The position numbers and the translations under genes are program-made. The notes beneath the pieces are model-generated. The model saw only the letters and a program-made list of their open reading frames with translations. It was not told the origin of the DNA and searched no databases. Below, piece after piece: positions 1 to 9,715 of a stretch of 27,231 bases of DNA. The first letter of the stretch is position 1, and each line of letters opens with the position of its first letter. The stretch spans positions 1 to 27,231 of the forward strand of contig JAITOM010000292.1 of NCBI GenBank assembly GCA_031289975.1. Direction: 5' to 3'. The stretch comes from Methanobrevibacter sp. GTDB lineage: Archaea > Methanobacteriota > Methanobacteria > Methanobacteriales > Methanobacteriaceae.

Positions 1-121
1 ATATTTATATTTTTCTTTTGATTGATTATGTATTTGTGGATTGAAGATTTATTATCAAACTTAATATTTTATTGTGATAAAGTATTATGATTTCATCCGT
101 AACATATTTGACAGAAACATG

Positions 122-282
122 AAAATCTATAATTTTAAATATTGATTTATAAAAATCTATAATTTTAAATTTTAAATAATATAAATTTATTTTAATTAAT
201 ATAACTAATTTTAAATAAACATTTTTTAATAATATTTATTTTTAAAAAATTATTTATTAAGAACTTTATCAAAACTACTATA
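122..282 (+). mobile_element. MITE family A (IS630-like), partial copy A0, left TIR missing
   Basis: Same internal body as 2649-2852 and 6305-6535; ends in TTAAGAACTTTATCAAAACTACTA|TA (257-282). Confidence 0.7.
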
Positions 283-527
283 AATAGTTTATTTTATTTA
301 TTTTTTAAAAATAACAATTTTAATTTTAAAAAAAAAATTAATGTATTTTATTATTCAACAAATTTTTTGCAAATTATTTTTTTAAATATTAATATTAATC
401 TTTTAAATTCAATTTAAAGAAATAAAAATAATTTTTGATTACAAATATTTAATTGAATTTTGTAAAATTAATATAGAAATAAAAAGAAAATAATTTCACA
501 AAACACTAATTAGAGAGGTAATATTAA

Positions 528-2363
528 ATGTTTTTAGATTCAATGAATTCAATGACATTATTATTTGTAGCTTTATGTATCTTTGCAATTGCTTATAGAT
601 TCTATGGAATGTTTATAGGTAAGTATGTTTTAAAGCTTGATGATAATCGTGAAACTCCAGCCATAAAATATGAAAATGATATGGATTATGTTCCAACCAA
701 TAGAAATCTTCTTTTTGGTCATCATTTTGCAGCTATTTCCGCGGCGGGTCCTTTACTTGGTCCTGTTCTTGCAGCACAATTTGGATTTCTTCCTGGTGCT
801 TTATGGATAATTATAGGTTGTGTACTTGGTGGTGGAGTTCATGACATGATTACTTTATTAGCTTCAATTCATCATAAAGGTGAAAGTATTGCAAAAATAG
901 CTATTAAAGAAATTAATCCAAGAGCTGGAGGAGTAACCACCATTGCAATATTATTTATTTTAGTTTTAACCTTAGCTGGACTATGTTTAGCTTGTGTATC
1001 CTCCCTAAACCATGCCCCCTTCTCTCTCTACACTGTTTTAATAACCATGCCAGTAGCTATTTTAATGGGGTTGATTATTAAAAAAAGAGGAAATATTGTT
1101 TTAAGTAGTATTGTAGGAATTTCATTATTATTTATAGGAATTGTATTAGGAAATCATGTATTGGAAATTGATTTACTTAGAAACTTCCTAAATTGGGATG
1201 CTGGAACTGTTACAATAGCTATTATGATTTATGGATTTATTGCATCTGTTTTACCAGTTTGGTTACTTTTAGTTCCTCGTGACTATCTTTCAACTTATTT
1301 AAAAATTGGTACAATAGCTTTACTTGCTATAGGAATTATATTTGTTCATCCTGATTTATTGATGCCCGCAGTTACTCCATTTATTAAAGGTGGAGGACCT
1401 GTTATTTCAGGTTCAGTTATACCGTTTATTTTTATAACAATAGCTTGTGGGGCAATATCTGGATTTCATTCAATAGTTGCATCAGGAACAACATCTAAAA
1501 TGTTAAAAAAAGAAACTGATGTTGTTTTTGTAGGTTATGGGGCCATGATTGTGGAAGGGTTTGTTGCTATCATGGCATTAATAGCTGCAACCACACTTAT
1601 GCCTGGAGATTATTTCGCGATAAACACCCCTATAAATTTATATCCTGATTTCATTGCTGCAAATCCTACACTCGCACCTGTTGACTTAGAATATTTTACT
1701 AACATTATTGGTATAAATCTTCAAGGTAGAACTGGTGGGGCTGTTTCATTAGCTGTTGGTATGGCTCATATATTTAATAAACTTCCTTTCATGGATCAAT
1801 TAATACAATATTGGTACAATTTTGCAATTATGTTTGAAGCCGTTTTTATTCTTTCAGCTGTTGATGCTGGAACAAGAGTCGGAAGATTCTTTTTAGATGA
1901 AATATTTGGTTACACTTCCAATAAATTTAAAAGCGGTAAGTGGATTCCTGGTATAATTATTACAAGTGGGATATTTACATTAAGTTGGGGTTACTTAGCA
2001 TACACAGGAAACATAAGCAGTATATGGCCATTATTTGGAATTTGTAATCAATTATTAGCTGGATGTGGATTAATTATTGGAACTACAATGTTATTTAGGT
2101 TAAACAAAGGAAAATATGTCTTATTGACAGCTATCCCAGGAGTATTTATAAGTTCAATGACATTTTGGGCAGGATACGAACAAGTGATAATGTCTTATCT
2201 TCCTGAAGGAAATTATTTACTCGCTACTTTAACAATAATTGCAATGTTGTTAATGATATTTGTATTCATTGAAGCTTTTAGAAAATGGATAAGATATATT
2301 AAAACTAAAAATATTAAAATTGATGAGTATGGAGAAGAAGTAAAAGAAATTGTAATGGAGTAA
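528..2363 (+). CDS. cstA: Carbon starvation protein A family transporter (peptide/pyruvate permease)
   Basis: 611-aa polytopic membrane protein with CstA motifs GHHFAAISAAGPLLGPVLAAQFG, ITIACGAISGFH and DAGTRVGRF; AGAGGT RBS upstream. Confidence 0.93.
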   Translation: MFLDSMNSMTLLFVALCIFAIAYRFYGMFIGKYVLKLDDNRETPAIKYENDMDYVPTNRNLLFGHHFAAISAAGPLLGPVLAAQFGFLPGALWIIIGCVLGGGVHDMITLLASIHHKGESIAKIAIKEINPRAGGVTTIAILFILVLTLAGLCLACVSSLNHAPFSLYTVLITMPVAILMGLIIKKRGNIVLSSIVGISLLFIGIVLGNHVLEIDLLRNFLNWDAGTVTIAIMIYGFIASVLPVWLLLVPRDYLSTYLKIGTIALLAIGIIFVHPDLLMPAVTPFIKGGGPVISGSVIPFIFITIACGAISGFHSIVASGTTSKMLKKETDVVFVGYGAMIVEGFVAIMALIAATTLMPGDYFAINTPINLYPDFIAANPTLAPVDLEYFTNIIGINLQGRTGGAVSLAVGMAHIFNKLPFMDQLIQYWYNFAIMFEAVFILSAVDAGTRVGRFFLDEIFGYTSNKFKSGKWIPGIIITSGIFTLSWGYLAYTGNISSIWPLFGICNQLLAGCGLIIGTTMLFRLNKGKYVLLTAIPGVFISSMTFWAGYEQVIMSYLPEGNYLLATLTIIAMLLMIFVFIEAFRKWIRYIKTKNIKIDEYGEEVKEIVME

Positions 2364-2370
2364 TATTTAA

Positions 2371-2514
2371 GGCAGTGTAAAATTAGCATGGATTTTTACA
2401 ATTGAAAAATTAAGAAAATTGGCTAAAAATTTGATAACATGTATATGGTCTAAATTTTTTCTGCCTAAAAACCAAAATTTGGATTTTAAATTTCCATCCT
2501 CTTTTTACAGTGCC
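2371..2514 (+). mobile_element. 144-bp MITE with IS6-like ends (family E, copy E1)
   Basis: 22-bp TIRs match at 18/22 (GGCAGTGTAAAATTAGCATGGA vs reverse-complemented right end GGCACTGTAAAAAGAGGATGGA). Flanked by a perfect 8-bp direct repeat ATATTTAA (2363-2370 and 2515-2522). Confidence 0.85.
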
Positions 2515-2524
2515 ATATTTAAAA

Positions 2525-2612
2525 ATGAAAAGATAAAAATTATTATTTAAAAAATTAATTTAATATTAATTTGAAATTTTTAAAAACAAGATATTTAAAA
2601 ATAAATGATTAA
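2525..2612 (+). repeat. Internal/right-part fragment of MITE family B, truncated before the TIR
   Basis: AAAAATTATTATTTAAAAAATTAATTTAATATTAATTTGAAATTTTTAAAAACAAGATATTTAAAAATAAATGATTAA also occurs near 3255, 9960 and 18750. Confidence 0.7.
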
Positions 2613-2648
2613 GACTCATGTACACGACAATATTACAAAATTTTTAAT

Positions 2649-2852
2649 TATAGTCATTTTGGAAAAGTTCTTAAATTTTGGATGATAATTTTTTTTATCA
2701 AATTATTTAATTTCAAATATTAATTTATAAAAATCTATAATTTTAAATAATATAAACTTATTTTAATTAATATAACTAATTTTAAATTAATATTTTTTAA
2801 TAATATTTATTTTTAAAAAAATTTATTTATTAAGAACTTTATCAAAACCATA
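2649..2852 (+). mobile_element. MITE family A (IS630-like), near-complete copy A1
   Basis: Left end TA|TAGTCATTTTGGAAAAGTTCTTAA; right end TTAAGAACTTTATCAAAACCATA (2-nt deletion). Family TIR pair matches at 22/26. Confidence 0.8.
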
Positions 2853-2931
2853 ATATTTTAAAAAAAGTAGAATGCTTTTTAGAAAACTTGTTTTTTTTTA
2901 TTTATTTCATTTAATAGCTTATTAGAATCAA

Positions 2932-3027
2932 CTACCATCGTTTAGTAGCTCTTCCTCTTTTACTTCCAGGTTTCCTATAGTGGGATTTCTGTCTGGTTCT
3001 TTTATTTGTTCCTTTAACTTTTGACAT
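2932..3027 (-). CDS. Small highly basic protein, 31 aa (MSKVKGTNKRTRQKSHYRKPGSKRGRATKRW); not in the ORF track
   Basis: Hand translation from ATG at 3027 to TAG at 2932. GAGGTG RBS lies 6 nt upstream, and the segment is clearly more GC-rich than its flanks. 12 of 31 residues are K/R and none is acidic. Confidence 0.75.
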   Translation of the reverse strand: MSKVKGTNKRTRQKSHYRKPGSKRGRATKRW

Positions 3028-3080
3028 TTAATTCACCTCTAATAATTTTAATGAAATTGGGTAACAATTATTTTTCATGC

Positions 3081-3358
3081 TATATATGAAATAATGTTTT
3101 TAAGTAATGTAATTTTTTAAATTGTAATATTAAATTTTTAATTAAAAGAATTATAATTATTATTTTTAAACATACAAATAAATTCTCCTAAGTTGAAAAT
3201 AAATTTTCAACAATAAAAAAAAATAAAAATTATTATTTAAAAAATTAAGTTAAAATAAAAATTATTATTTAAAAAATTAAGTTAATATTAATTGAAATTT
3301 TTAAAAATAATATATTTAAAAATAAATGATTAATTACAAACATTTTTACATCACTATA
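3081..3358 (+). mobile_element. MITE family B (IS630-like), copy B1
   Basis: Degenerate left end TATATATGAAATAATGTTTTTAAGTAA; right end TTACAAACATTTTTACATCACTA|TA; internal hairpin GTTGAAAA-TAAA-TTTTCAAC (3192-3211). Confidence 0.7.
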
Positions 3359-3468
3359 TATTAAAATTTTTTATAGATTAAATTCTTTAAATAGATTTAA
3401 TAATAAATAGTATAATATATTTTTAATATTATATAAACATTTTTCTAAACTTTAAAAAATTAGATGTC

Positions 3469-3693
3469 ATGAAAAATTCAACTGATAGAAATATAATACT
3501 TTACTTAATATTATAATATTTAGTTTTTAAAGCAATTCAAAAACTTTATAATCAATGCAATAATAAAAAAAGACTTTTACTTATTACCCTACACTTATTA
3601 ATTAATGAAATATTTAAACAAATTCATGAAAAAGAATATTATTTACCCTACTATGATATGAATGTTTCTCTAATTGCTTTAGCATTTAAATAG
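3469..3693 (+). pseudogene. Possible decayed ORF of unknown product
   Basis: 75 codons from ATG to TAG with a single internal TAA (3514-3516) in very AT-rich DNA; no recognisable motif. Confidence 0.25.
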
Positions 3694-3778
3694 ACCAATT
3701 AAAAATGGAATAATAACATGAAGTGCGATAGAAATACTAAACCTTAAAAAATAACAATCCCAACCATCAAAAATATCA

Positions 3779-5434
3779 TTATTTTAAAATGGCTCCTTTA
3801 TCAGCAGAACTAACTAATTTTTGATAAACATTTAACCATCCACTTAATTCTTTTTTAGGATGATTAAGTTTTGAAACTCTATTTTTAATTTCCACATCAT
3901 CGAGTTCAAGTTCTAATTTTCTATTTTTGATATCTATTTCTATTAAATCTCCATTTTCAATTATTGAAATTAAACCATTTTCAATTGCTTCAGGAGATAT
4001 ATGACCTATACATGGTCCTCTTGTTCCTCCTGAGAATCTACCATCAGTAATAAGAGCTACTTTTTTAATGGACATTCCTGCAAGGGCAGATGTTGGATTA
4101 AGCATTTCTCTCATCCCTGGACCACCTTTAGGTCCTTCATATCTAATAACAAGAATATCTCCCTCTTCAATCCATCCATTTAAAATTGATTCAACAACTT
4201 CTTCTTCACTATTAAATACTTTGGCATGCCCTTTATGATATAACATGTCTTCATCTACTGCAGCTTGTTTAACAACTGAACCATTTGGAGATAAATTTCC
4301 CTTTAAAATAGCTATTCCACCTTCATTATGAACAGGATTATCAATAGAACGAATAATTTTTCTATCAATGTCTTGAACATTTTTTAGGTTTTCTTCTATT
4401 GTTTTACCATTAACTGTGATTAAATTAGTATATAATTTAGATTCAATTGTTTTTAAAACTCCTGGAATGCCTCCAGCATTGTGTAAATCCAATATAGTAT
4501 CATTTCCAGCAGGGCTAATAGAACATATATGTGGAACTTCTCTACTTATTTTATCAAAAAGATCTAAATCAACTTCAAGATCATTAGTTTTTATTTCATT
4601 GGCAATAGCTGGAATATGAAGTGTTGTATTAGTTGATCCACCTAAAGCCATATCAATAGCAATACAATTATTAAATGCTTTATCTGTTAATATATCGCTT
4701 AAGAGAATCTGCTTTTCTACTAAATCCATAATTGTTTTTCCAGTTTCAATAGCTATTTCAACTTTCTTTTTATCTGTTGCAAGTGTTGTTCCGCAATAAG
4801 GTAAACTAATTCCCATTGCTTCAGTTAAACAAGCCATTGTGTTTGCAGTGAAAAGACCTGAACAAGAACCTTCTCCTGGACAAGCACATTTTTCTAATTC
4901 ATATAACTCTTTTTCACTTATTAACCCTGAAGAGTAAGATCCAACTGCTTCATAAACACTTATTAAATCTACTTTTTCGCCTTTATAAATTCCTGGAACC
5001 ATTGCTCCACCAGTCACAACAATTGTTGGAATATTTAAGCGAGCAGCACCCATTAACATTCCTGGAACAACCTTATCACAACTTGGAATAAGAACTAATC
5101 CATCGAAACTATGACCTTTAGCAACACTTTCTACTGTAGCTGCTATAATCTCTCTTGAAGGAAGAGAATATTTCATTCCTTCATGATTCATAGCTATTCC
5201 ATCACAAATTGCCATTGTATTGAATTCAAAAGGATACCCATTTTTTTCTCTTACCCCTTCTTTTACAGCATCAGCTATTTTCCTAAGATGAATATGACCA
5301 GGTACAATATCTGTAAAACTATTGGCTATTCCTATGAAAGGTTTTTTAAAATCATCATCTTTAAGACCACATGCTCTAAGTAAAGATCTATGTGGGGCTC
5401 TTTTAACTCCTTTTTTTATATTATCACTTTTCAT
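3779..5434 (-). CDS. ilvD: Dihydroxy-acid dehydratase
   Basis: 551 aa with motifs [44 protein letters not shown] and [12 protein letters not shown]. Confidence 0.97.
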   Translation of the reverse strand: MKSDNIKKGVKRAPHRSLLRACGLKDDDFKKPFIGIANSFTDIVPGHIHLRKIADAVKEGVREKNGYPFEFNTMAICDGIAMNHEGMKYSLPSREIIAATVESVAKGHSFDGLVLIPSCDKVVPGMLMGAARLNIPTIVVTGGAMVPGIYKGEKVDLISVYEAVGSYSSGLISEKELYELEKCACPGEGSCSGLFTANTMACLTEAMGISLPYCGTTLATDKKKVEIAIETGKTIMDLVEKQILLSDILTDKAFNNCIAIDMALGGSTNTTLHIPAIANEIKTNDLEVDLDLFDKISREVPHICSISPAGNDTILDLHNAGGIPGVLKTIESKLYTNLITVNGKTIEENLKNVQDIDRKIIRSIDNPVHNEGGIAILKGNLSPNGSVVKQAAVDEDMLYHKGHAKVFNSEEEVVESILNGWIEEGDILVIRYEGPKGGPGMREMLNPTSALAGMSIKKVALITDGRFSGGTRGPCIGHISPEAIENGLISIIENGDLIEIDIKNRKLELELDDVEIKNRVSKLNHPKKELSGWLNVYQKLVSSADKGAILK

Positions 5435-5464
5435 TTAATTTCCACCAGATTATTAATTTATTTA

Positions 5465-6081
5465 TTATTTTATTATGGTTTTTATTGCTAAACCTGTAAA
5501 ATTAGTGAAAAATCCATCCATTCCCATATTTTTAGCTTTATTAAATTCATCAACCGCGTTTAATGTGTATAAATGCGGTAGTTTTCCATTGAGTTTAATT
5601 TTTTTCAGTATCTCCAAATTTAATAATATTTTATCAAAACATATCATATCAATGTTATTACTGAAAAGCAAGCCATACTGGATGTTATTTATCAAAGAGA
5701 TCAAAACATATCATATCAATGTTATTACTTGAAAGATGGTTTTCAATAGCAGATATTTTTCAGCGAAAAACATTGAAACTAAAATTGGTTGTTTTTTTAA
5801 CAGCTAATTCGATTGCATCATATTCAAACTATTGAATTATTATTCGATTTCTTTTAATCACTTCCTTTAATGTATGGATTGATTACCATTTTCGGCGTAT
5901 AATTTCAAAATTTCCTCATCACTCATATCAGAATAATTCTTTTTACTTCCTGCAATCCTTTCACCAGATTCTGATTCTATAAGAAGAGGTTTTTAAAATC
6001 TTTAAAATAATTAAAAGATACACAAACAATAAAAATTAGAGAAATTATTAATAATAATAGAATAGTTTTTTTAATTCTCAT
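5465..6081 (-). pseudogene. Decayed membrane-anchored glycerophosphodiester phosphodiesterase (GDPD)
   Basis: Pieces in several frames: hydrophobic N-terminus MRIKKTILLLLIISLIFIVCVSF (ATG 6081), KPLL..., IH/TLKEVIK (cf. IPTLEEVL), and C-terminal LYTLN...MGMDGFFTN (cf. GVDGIITD). Contains stops and frameshifts, and the catalytic AHRG motif is absent. Confidence 0.6.
5633..5729. repeat. Perfect 30-bp direct repeat with a 67-bp period inside the GDPD remnant
   Basis: ATCAAAACATATCATATCAATGTTATTACT at 5633-5662 and 5700-5729. Confidence 0.9.
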
Positions 6082-6121
6082 ATAAGCACTTATAATACCA
6101 TTAAGACACGATCATTAAGCT

Positions 6122-6280
6122 AAAAATAGAAAAAAATAAAGATTATTATTTAAAAATTAATTTAATATTAATTTAAAATTTTTAAAAACTGAGCATACAT
6201 TCTCCTAAGTCGAAAATAAATTTTCAACAATAAGATATTTAAAAATAAATGATTAATCACAAACATTTTTCACCACTATA
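6122..6280 (+). mobile_element. MITE family B, right-hand part (B4)
   Basis: Family B body, the CATAC..ATTCTCCTAAGTCGAAAATAAATTTTCAAC module shared with 3172-3215, and right end CAAACATTTTTCACCACTA|TA. Confidence 0.7.
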
Positions 6281-6304
6281 GTCTATTAATTTATAAAAAT
6301 AAAT

Positions 6305-6535
6305 TATAGTCATTATGAAAAAGTCCTTAAATTTTGAATGATAATTTTTTTATTAAATTATTTATTTATTAAATTATTTAATTTTAAGTATCAGTTTATA
6401 AAAATCTATAATTTTAAATTATATAATAATGAATTATATTTTAATTAATATAAATAATTTTAAATTAATATCTTTTAATAATATTCATTTTAAAAAAAAA
6501 AATTATTTATTAAGAACTTTATCAAAACTACTACA
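6305..6535 (+). mobile_element. MITE family A, complete copy A2
   Basis: Runs from TA|TAGTCATTATGAAAAAGTCCTTAA to TTAAGAACTTTATCAAAACTACTA|CA; body colinear with A1. Confidence 0.8.
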
Positions 6536-6604
6536 ATGAAATTCTTAAAAATAAGATATTTAAAAATAAATGATTAATTACAAACATTTTTTTACACCAC
6601 TATA
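6536..6604 (+). mobile_element. MITE family B right end (B5), directly abutting A2
   Basis: AAATTCTTAAAAATAAGATATTTAAAAATAAATGATTAATTACAAACATTTTTTTACACCACTA|TA. Confidence 0.75.
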
Positions 6605-6635
6605 TTTTCAAAAATTATTTTAATAAAAACTATGA

Positions 6636-8705
6636 TTAAGAATTTACATAATCTTTTATTCTTTTGGATAGCTTTGATCCTATTCCTTCTATTTTCTCAA
6701 AATCTTTTTCATTGTATGGTTTAAGATCATTTCCAAATGTTTTAATAAGTGATCTTGCTTTTTTTCTTCCTAAGTGTTTTATGCCTATTATTAATGGGAT
6801 TAAATCTTCTTTTATTCCATAGTAAAGTCGTGCTGATAGAATATCTAATTGTTGTGAATAACTATAATGTCCATTTATCTCTAAAATATCTTTAAAGAAT
6901 TTAATTAGTATGGATGATTCGTAAGCTGAACGTCTTGTTGAAGCAGAATAAACATTATACGCATTTTCTATTTCAAACTCATTTTTTTCATTGATCCATT
7001 CAATTAAGGAAACTGTCGTTGCTTCAGTATTTCCAATATTTGTGGTAAATAAACCAACACTCGATAGTTTTTCTCTAACAGGATCTTTTGATCTTTTCCC
7101 TTTAAATGAAATTAATGGTAAATCAGGAGTTGATGAAAGAGCATATATAACAGCATTTAAATCTAAATATTCTATAGTGTTCCCATATTCCTTAAGTTTA
7201 ACAGCTGTTTCAACTTTATAATTAGATTTAGCCATTAAATCACCGAATTTAGTAACTTTTAATCCTTCTGGAGTTGGTTGGATAATTCCATTTACAATTA
7301 AAAATTCTATAGCATTTTCTATTTCATATTTTAAACTAATATCTGCAAATTCTTTCATGTATGGATCGTTCATCATTTGATATCCATAGAATGTTTTATT
7401 AAAGAAATTTTGAATTTCGTCAATATTTTTAGAAAGATTGGATGCTATTTGAGCTATAATTTGTCTTAAAATAGCATCCTTATTTTCAATTAATTTTGAG
7501 GTTGTATCCTCTATATCTCCATTAATATATCTGTCTTGAAGTTCGTATGCTTCATCTAATGATTTAGCTATTAAATAAGAGTAACCTACATCATCATACA
7601 ATGGTCTTCCAGCCCTTCCAGACATTTGTTCATAATCAAAAACAGGAATAGCTTGTAATCCTTGTGCAGTCCATCTTGTATAATCTCTGATTACCACTGA
7701 TCTTGAAGGTAAGTTAACTCCATACATTAAACTTGGAGTTGCAGATATCATTAAAAGATTTCCTTTTCTAAATTCTTCTTCAATAATCTCTCTTTGTTCA
7801 TTAAAAATCCCAGCATGATGAAATGCAGTTCCATTTTCACAACACTCCCCTAATCTTAAACATGTTGAAGTTGGATTTGAACCTTTAGCTTTAGGAACAT
7901 CTAAAATCTTATTAGAAACCTCTTTAAATCTCTTCATTTCTTCATCATCTAATTTTTTACTTATTTTTTTCCCAACATATTCTGCTAATGATTCAGTGAA
8001 TCTTCTTGTAGATACAAAACTTAATATCTGTGAATTTTCATTAATACTTTTTTCAGTAATTTTAACTACAACATCATTTTTATTTTGACTATCAAACATT
8101 TCTGTATTTAAAACTTCCTTATTTAATGGAACTGGCCTATAATCGTTTTCAACAACTTTAGCATTTAACCAATTCTTAATTTCTTCAATGTTATTTAATG
8201 TTGCTGATAGAGCTATAATTTTAATAGATGGATTAATAATTTTAGCTCTCGTGATTGCACATTCTAATGTAGGTCCTCTTGTAAACTCACCTATCATATG
8301 AAATTCATCAATTATAAGAGTATTAATCTCCTTTAAACTATCCCATGAAAAACGAGTTAAACTATCAAAAGATTCAAAAACCATAACTGATAGGTCACTT
8401 GACGATGGGTGTTTACCAACTTTAATATTATGTTTTTCAAATTTCTTAAATTCTGCTATTTTTTCATTTTGAATTGAAATTAAAGGAGCCGTATAAATAG
8501 CTTTACCTCCTTTAAATATTGATTGTAAAGCTGCCATAACCCCTATTATTGTTTTTCCACTCGCAGTAGGAATAGCTATTATGTAATTAGAATCATCTTC
8601 CAAATATCCAGATTCAACAACCACTTTTTGTCCAGGATTTAATTGTTTAATATATGGGTATACATCTTTTATAACTTCTCTTATTCTTTTTGGTATATTA
8701 TCCAT
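6636..8705 (-). CDS. hel308: Hel308/Hjm Ski2-like SF2 DNA helicase (Mth810 type)
   Basis: 689 aa with IPTASGKT, DEFH, SAT, FHHAG, YGVNLPS, QMSGRAGR and a C-terminal HhH (IEGIGSK); closely resembles Methanobacteriales Hel308 as recalled. Confidence 0.92.
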   Translation of the reverse strand: MDNIPKRIREVIKDVYPYIKQLNPGQKVVVESGYLEDDSNYIIAIPTASGKTIIGVMAALQSIFKGGKAIYTAPLISIQNEKIAEFKKFEKHNIKVGKHPSSSDLSVMVFESFDSLTRFSWDSLKEINTLIIDEFHMIGEFTRGPTLECAITRAKIINPSIKIIALSATLNNIEEIKNWLNAKVVENDYRPVPLNKEVLNTEMFDSQNKNDVVVKITEKSINENSQILSFVSTRRFTESLAEYVGKKISKKLDDEEMKRFKEVSNKILDVPKAKGSNPTSTCLRLGECCENGTAFHHAGIFNEQREIIEEEFRKGNLLMISATPSLMYGVNLPSRSVVIRDYTRWTAQGLQAIPVFDYEQMSGRAGRPLYDDVGYSYLIAKSLDEAYELQDRYINGDIEDTTSKLIENKDAILRQIIAQIASNLSKNIDEIQNFFNKTFYGYQMMNDPYMKEFADISLKYEIENAIEFLIVNGIIQPTPEGLKVTKFGDLMAKSNYKVETAVKLKEYGNTIEYLDLNAVIYALSSTPDLPLISFKGKRSKDPVREKLSSVGLFTTNIGNTEATTVSLIEWINEKNEFEIENAYNVYSASTRRSAYESSILIKFFKDILEINGHYSYSQQLDILSARLYYGIKEDLIPLIIGIKHLGRKKARSLIKTFGNDLKPYNEKDFEKIEGIGSKLSKRIKDYVNS

Positions 8706-8780
8706 TTAACTCCTCATAAGGCTATTATTTTTACTTAAATATTTATTTTAGTTAAACTAATGATTTGCTAAAAATAGCTA

Positions 8781-9248
8781 TTATTCCTTTATTTTACTTA
8801 AAACCGAAATATCACTAATTCTTGTATTAGGATATTGTCCATCCTCATCTTTTTCAACAGCTTTAACCATATCCCATATGGTTAAAAGTCCTGTAGATAC
8901 TCCAGTTAGGGCTTCCATCTCTACACCAGTTTGTCCAATAGTTTTAACCTCAACAATAATAGCTATTTCAGTTTTTTTTATATGAAAATCTACTGTTATC
9001 CCTGTAATCTGTAATGGATGAGCTAATGGAATTATATTTGAAGTGTTTTTAACACTATTAATTGTAGCAATTTGTGCAGTTGTTAAAACATTTCCTTTTT
9101 TAATATCATGATTTTTAATCATAGCTATTGTCTCCTCATCTAAAATTATTTTTCCATATGCACTTGCTATTCTTTTTTGAAGTGGTTTATCACCAACTTC
9201 AACCATATGAATTCCATCACCTTTTAAATGAGTTAATTTTTCTTCCAT
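8781..9248 (-). CDS. moaC: Cyclic pyranopterin monophosphate synthase
   Basis: 155 aa with HMVEVGDK, KKGNVLTTAQIA, IPLAHPL, TGVEMEALTG and TIWDMVKA. Confidence 0.96.
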   Translation of the reverse strand: MEEKLTHLKGDGIHMVEVGDKPLQKRIASAYGKIILDEETIAMIKNHDIKKGNVLTTAQIATINSVKNTSNIIPLAHPLQITGITVDFHIKKTEIAIIVEVKTIGQTGVEMEALTGVSTGLLTIWDMVKAVEKDEDGQYPNTRISDISVLSKIKE

Positions 9249-9282
9249 GATCTCATCTTAAGTTAAATTGATTTAAGTCATG

Positions 9283-9498
9283 TATAGTACGAAACCAAGT
9301 TTTTTGCAATTTAAAATTTTTTAATTTTTATTAAAATATCATGATTTTTCAAAAATTATTTAATAAATTTTATTAATATAAAAATTAAATAGTTTATTTT
9401 AATTATTTATTAAAAATAACGAATTTAAACTTAACAAATTGAATTTAAGAAAAAATTAAAAATAATGATTCTTGCAAAAAATTTGGTTCTTGACTATT
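9283..9498 (+). mobile_element. MITE family D (TA-type ends, IS630-like), ~215 bp
   Basis: Left end TA|TAGTACGAAACCAAGTTTTTTGCAA vs reverse-complemented right end ATAGTCAAGAACCAAATTTTTTGCAA, 21/26 identical; right flank is TT instead of TA. Confidence 0.65.
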
Positions 9499-9528
9499 AA
9501 TAGTTTATTCTTATCTAAAGTATATAAT

Positions 9529-9695
9529 AATGGTGGTTTTGATAAAGTTCTTAATAAATAACTTTTTTAAAAATAAATATTATTAAAAAATATTAATTTA
9601 AAATTATTTATATTAATCAAAATATATTAATATTATTTAAAATTTAAAATTATAAATTTTCATAAAGTAATATTTAAAATTAAATAACTTAATAA
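9529..9695 (-). mobile_element. MITE family A, copy A4, cut off by an IS4-like terminus
   Basis: TGGTGGTTTTGATAAAGTTCTTAATAAAT... is colinear with 21154-21362 until ...AATAACTTAATAA, where CAATGCTGTCAAC begins. Confidence 0.75.
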
Positions 9696-9715
9696 CAATG
9701 CTGTCAACTTAAGAA
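9696..9715 (+). mobile_element. Solo IS4/IS231-like terminal inverted repeat
   Basis: CAATGCTGTCAACTTAAGAA equals the consensus of both ends of the 16838-16957 MITE. Confidence 0.7.

Noticed and set aside
2364-2650. YbdD/YjiX-like or selenoprotein partner downstream of cstA
   Set aside because: No suitable ORF; the space is occupied by MITE sequence.
528-5434. Functional link between cstA (pyruvate uptake) and ilvD (branched-chain amino acid synthesis)
   Set aside because: The genes are convergent and 1.4 kb apart with unrelated elements between them, so there is no evidence of co-regulation.
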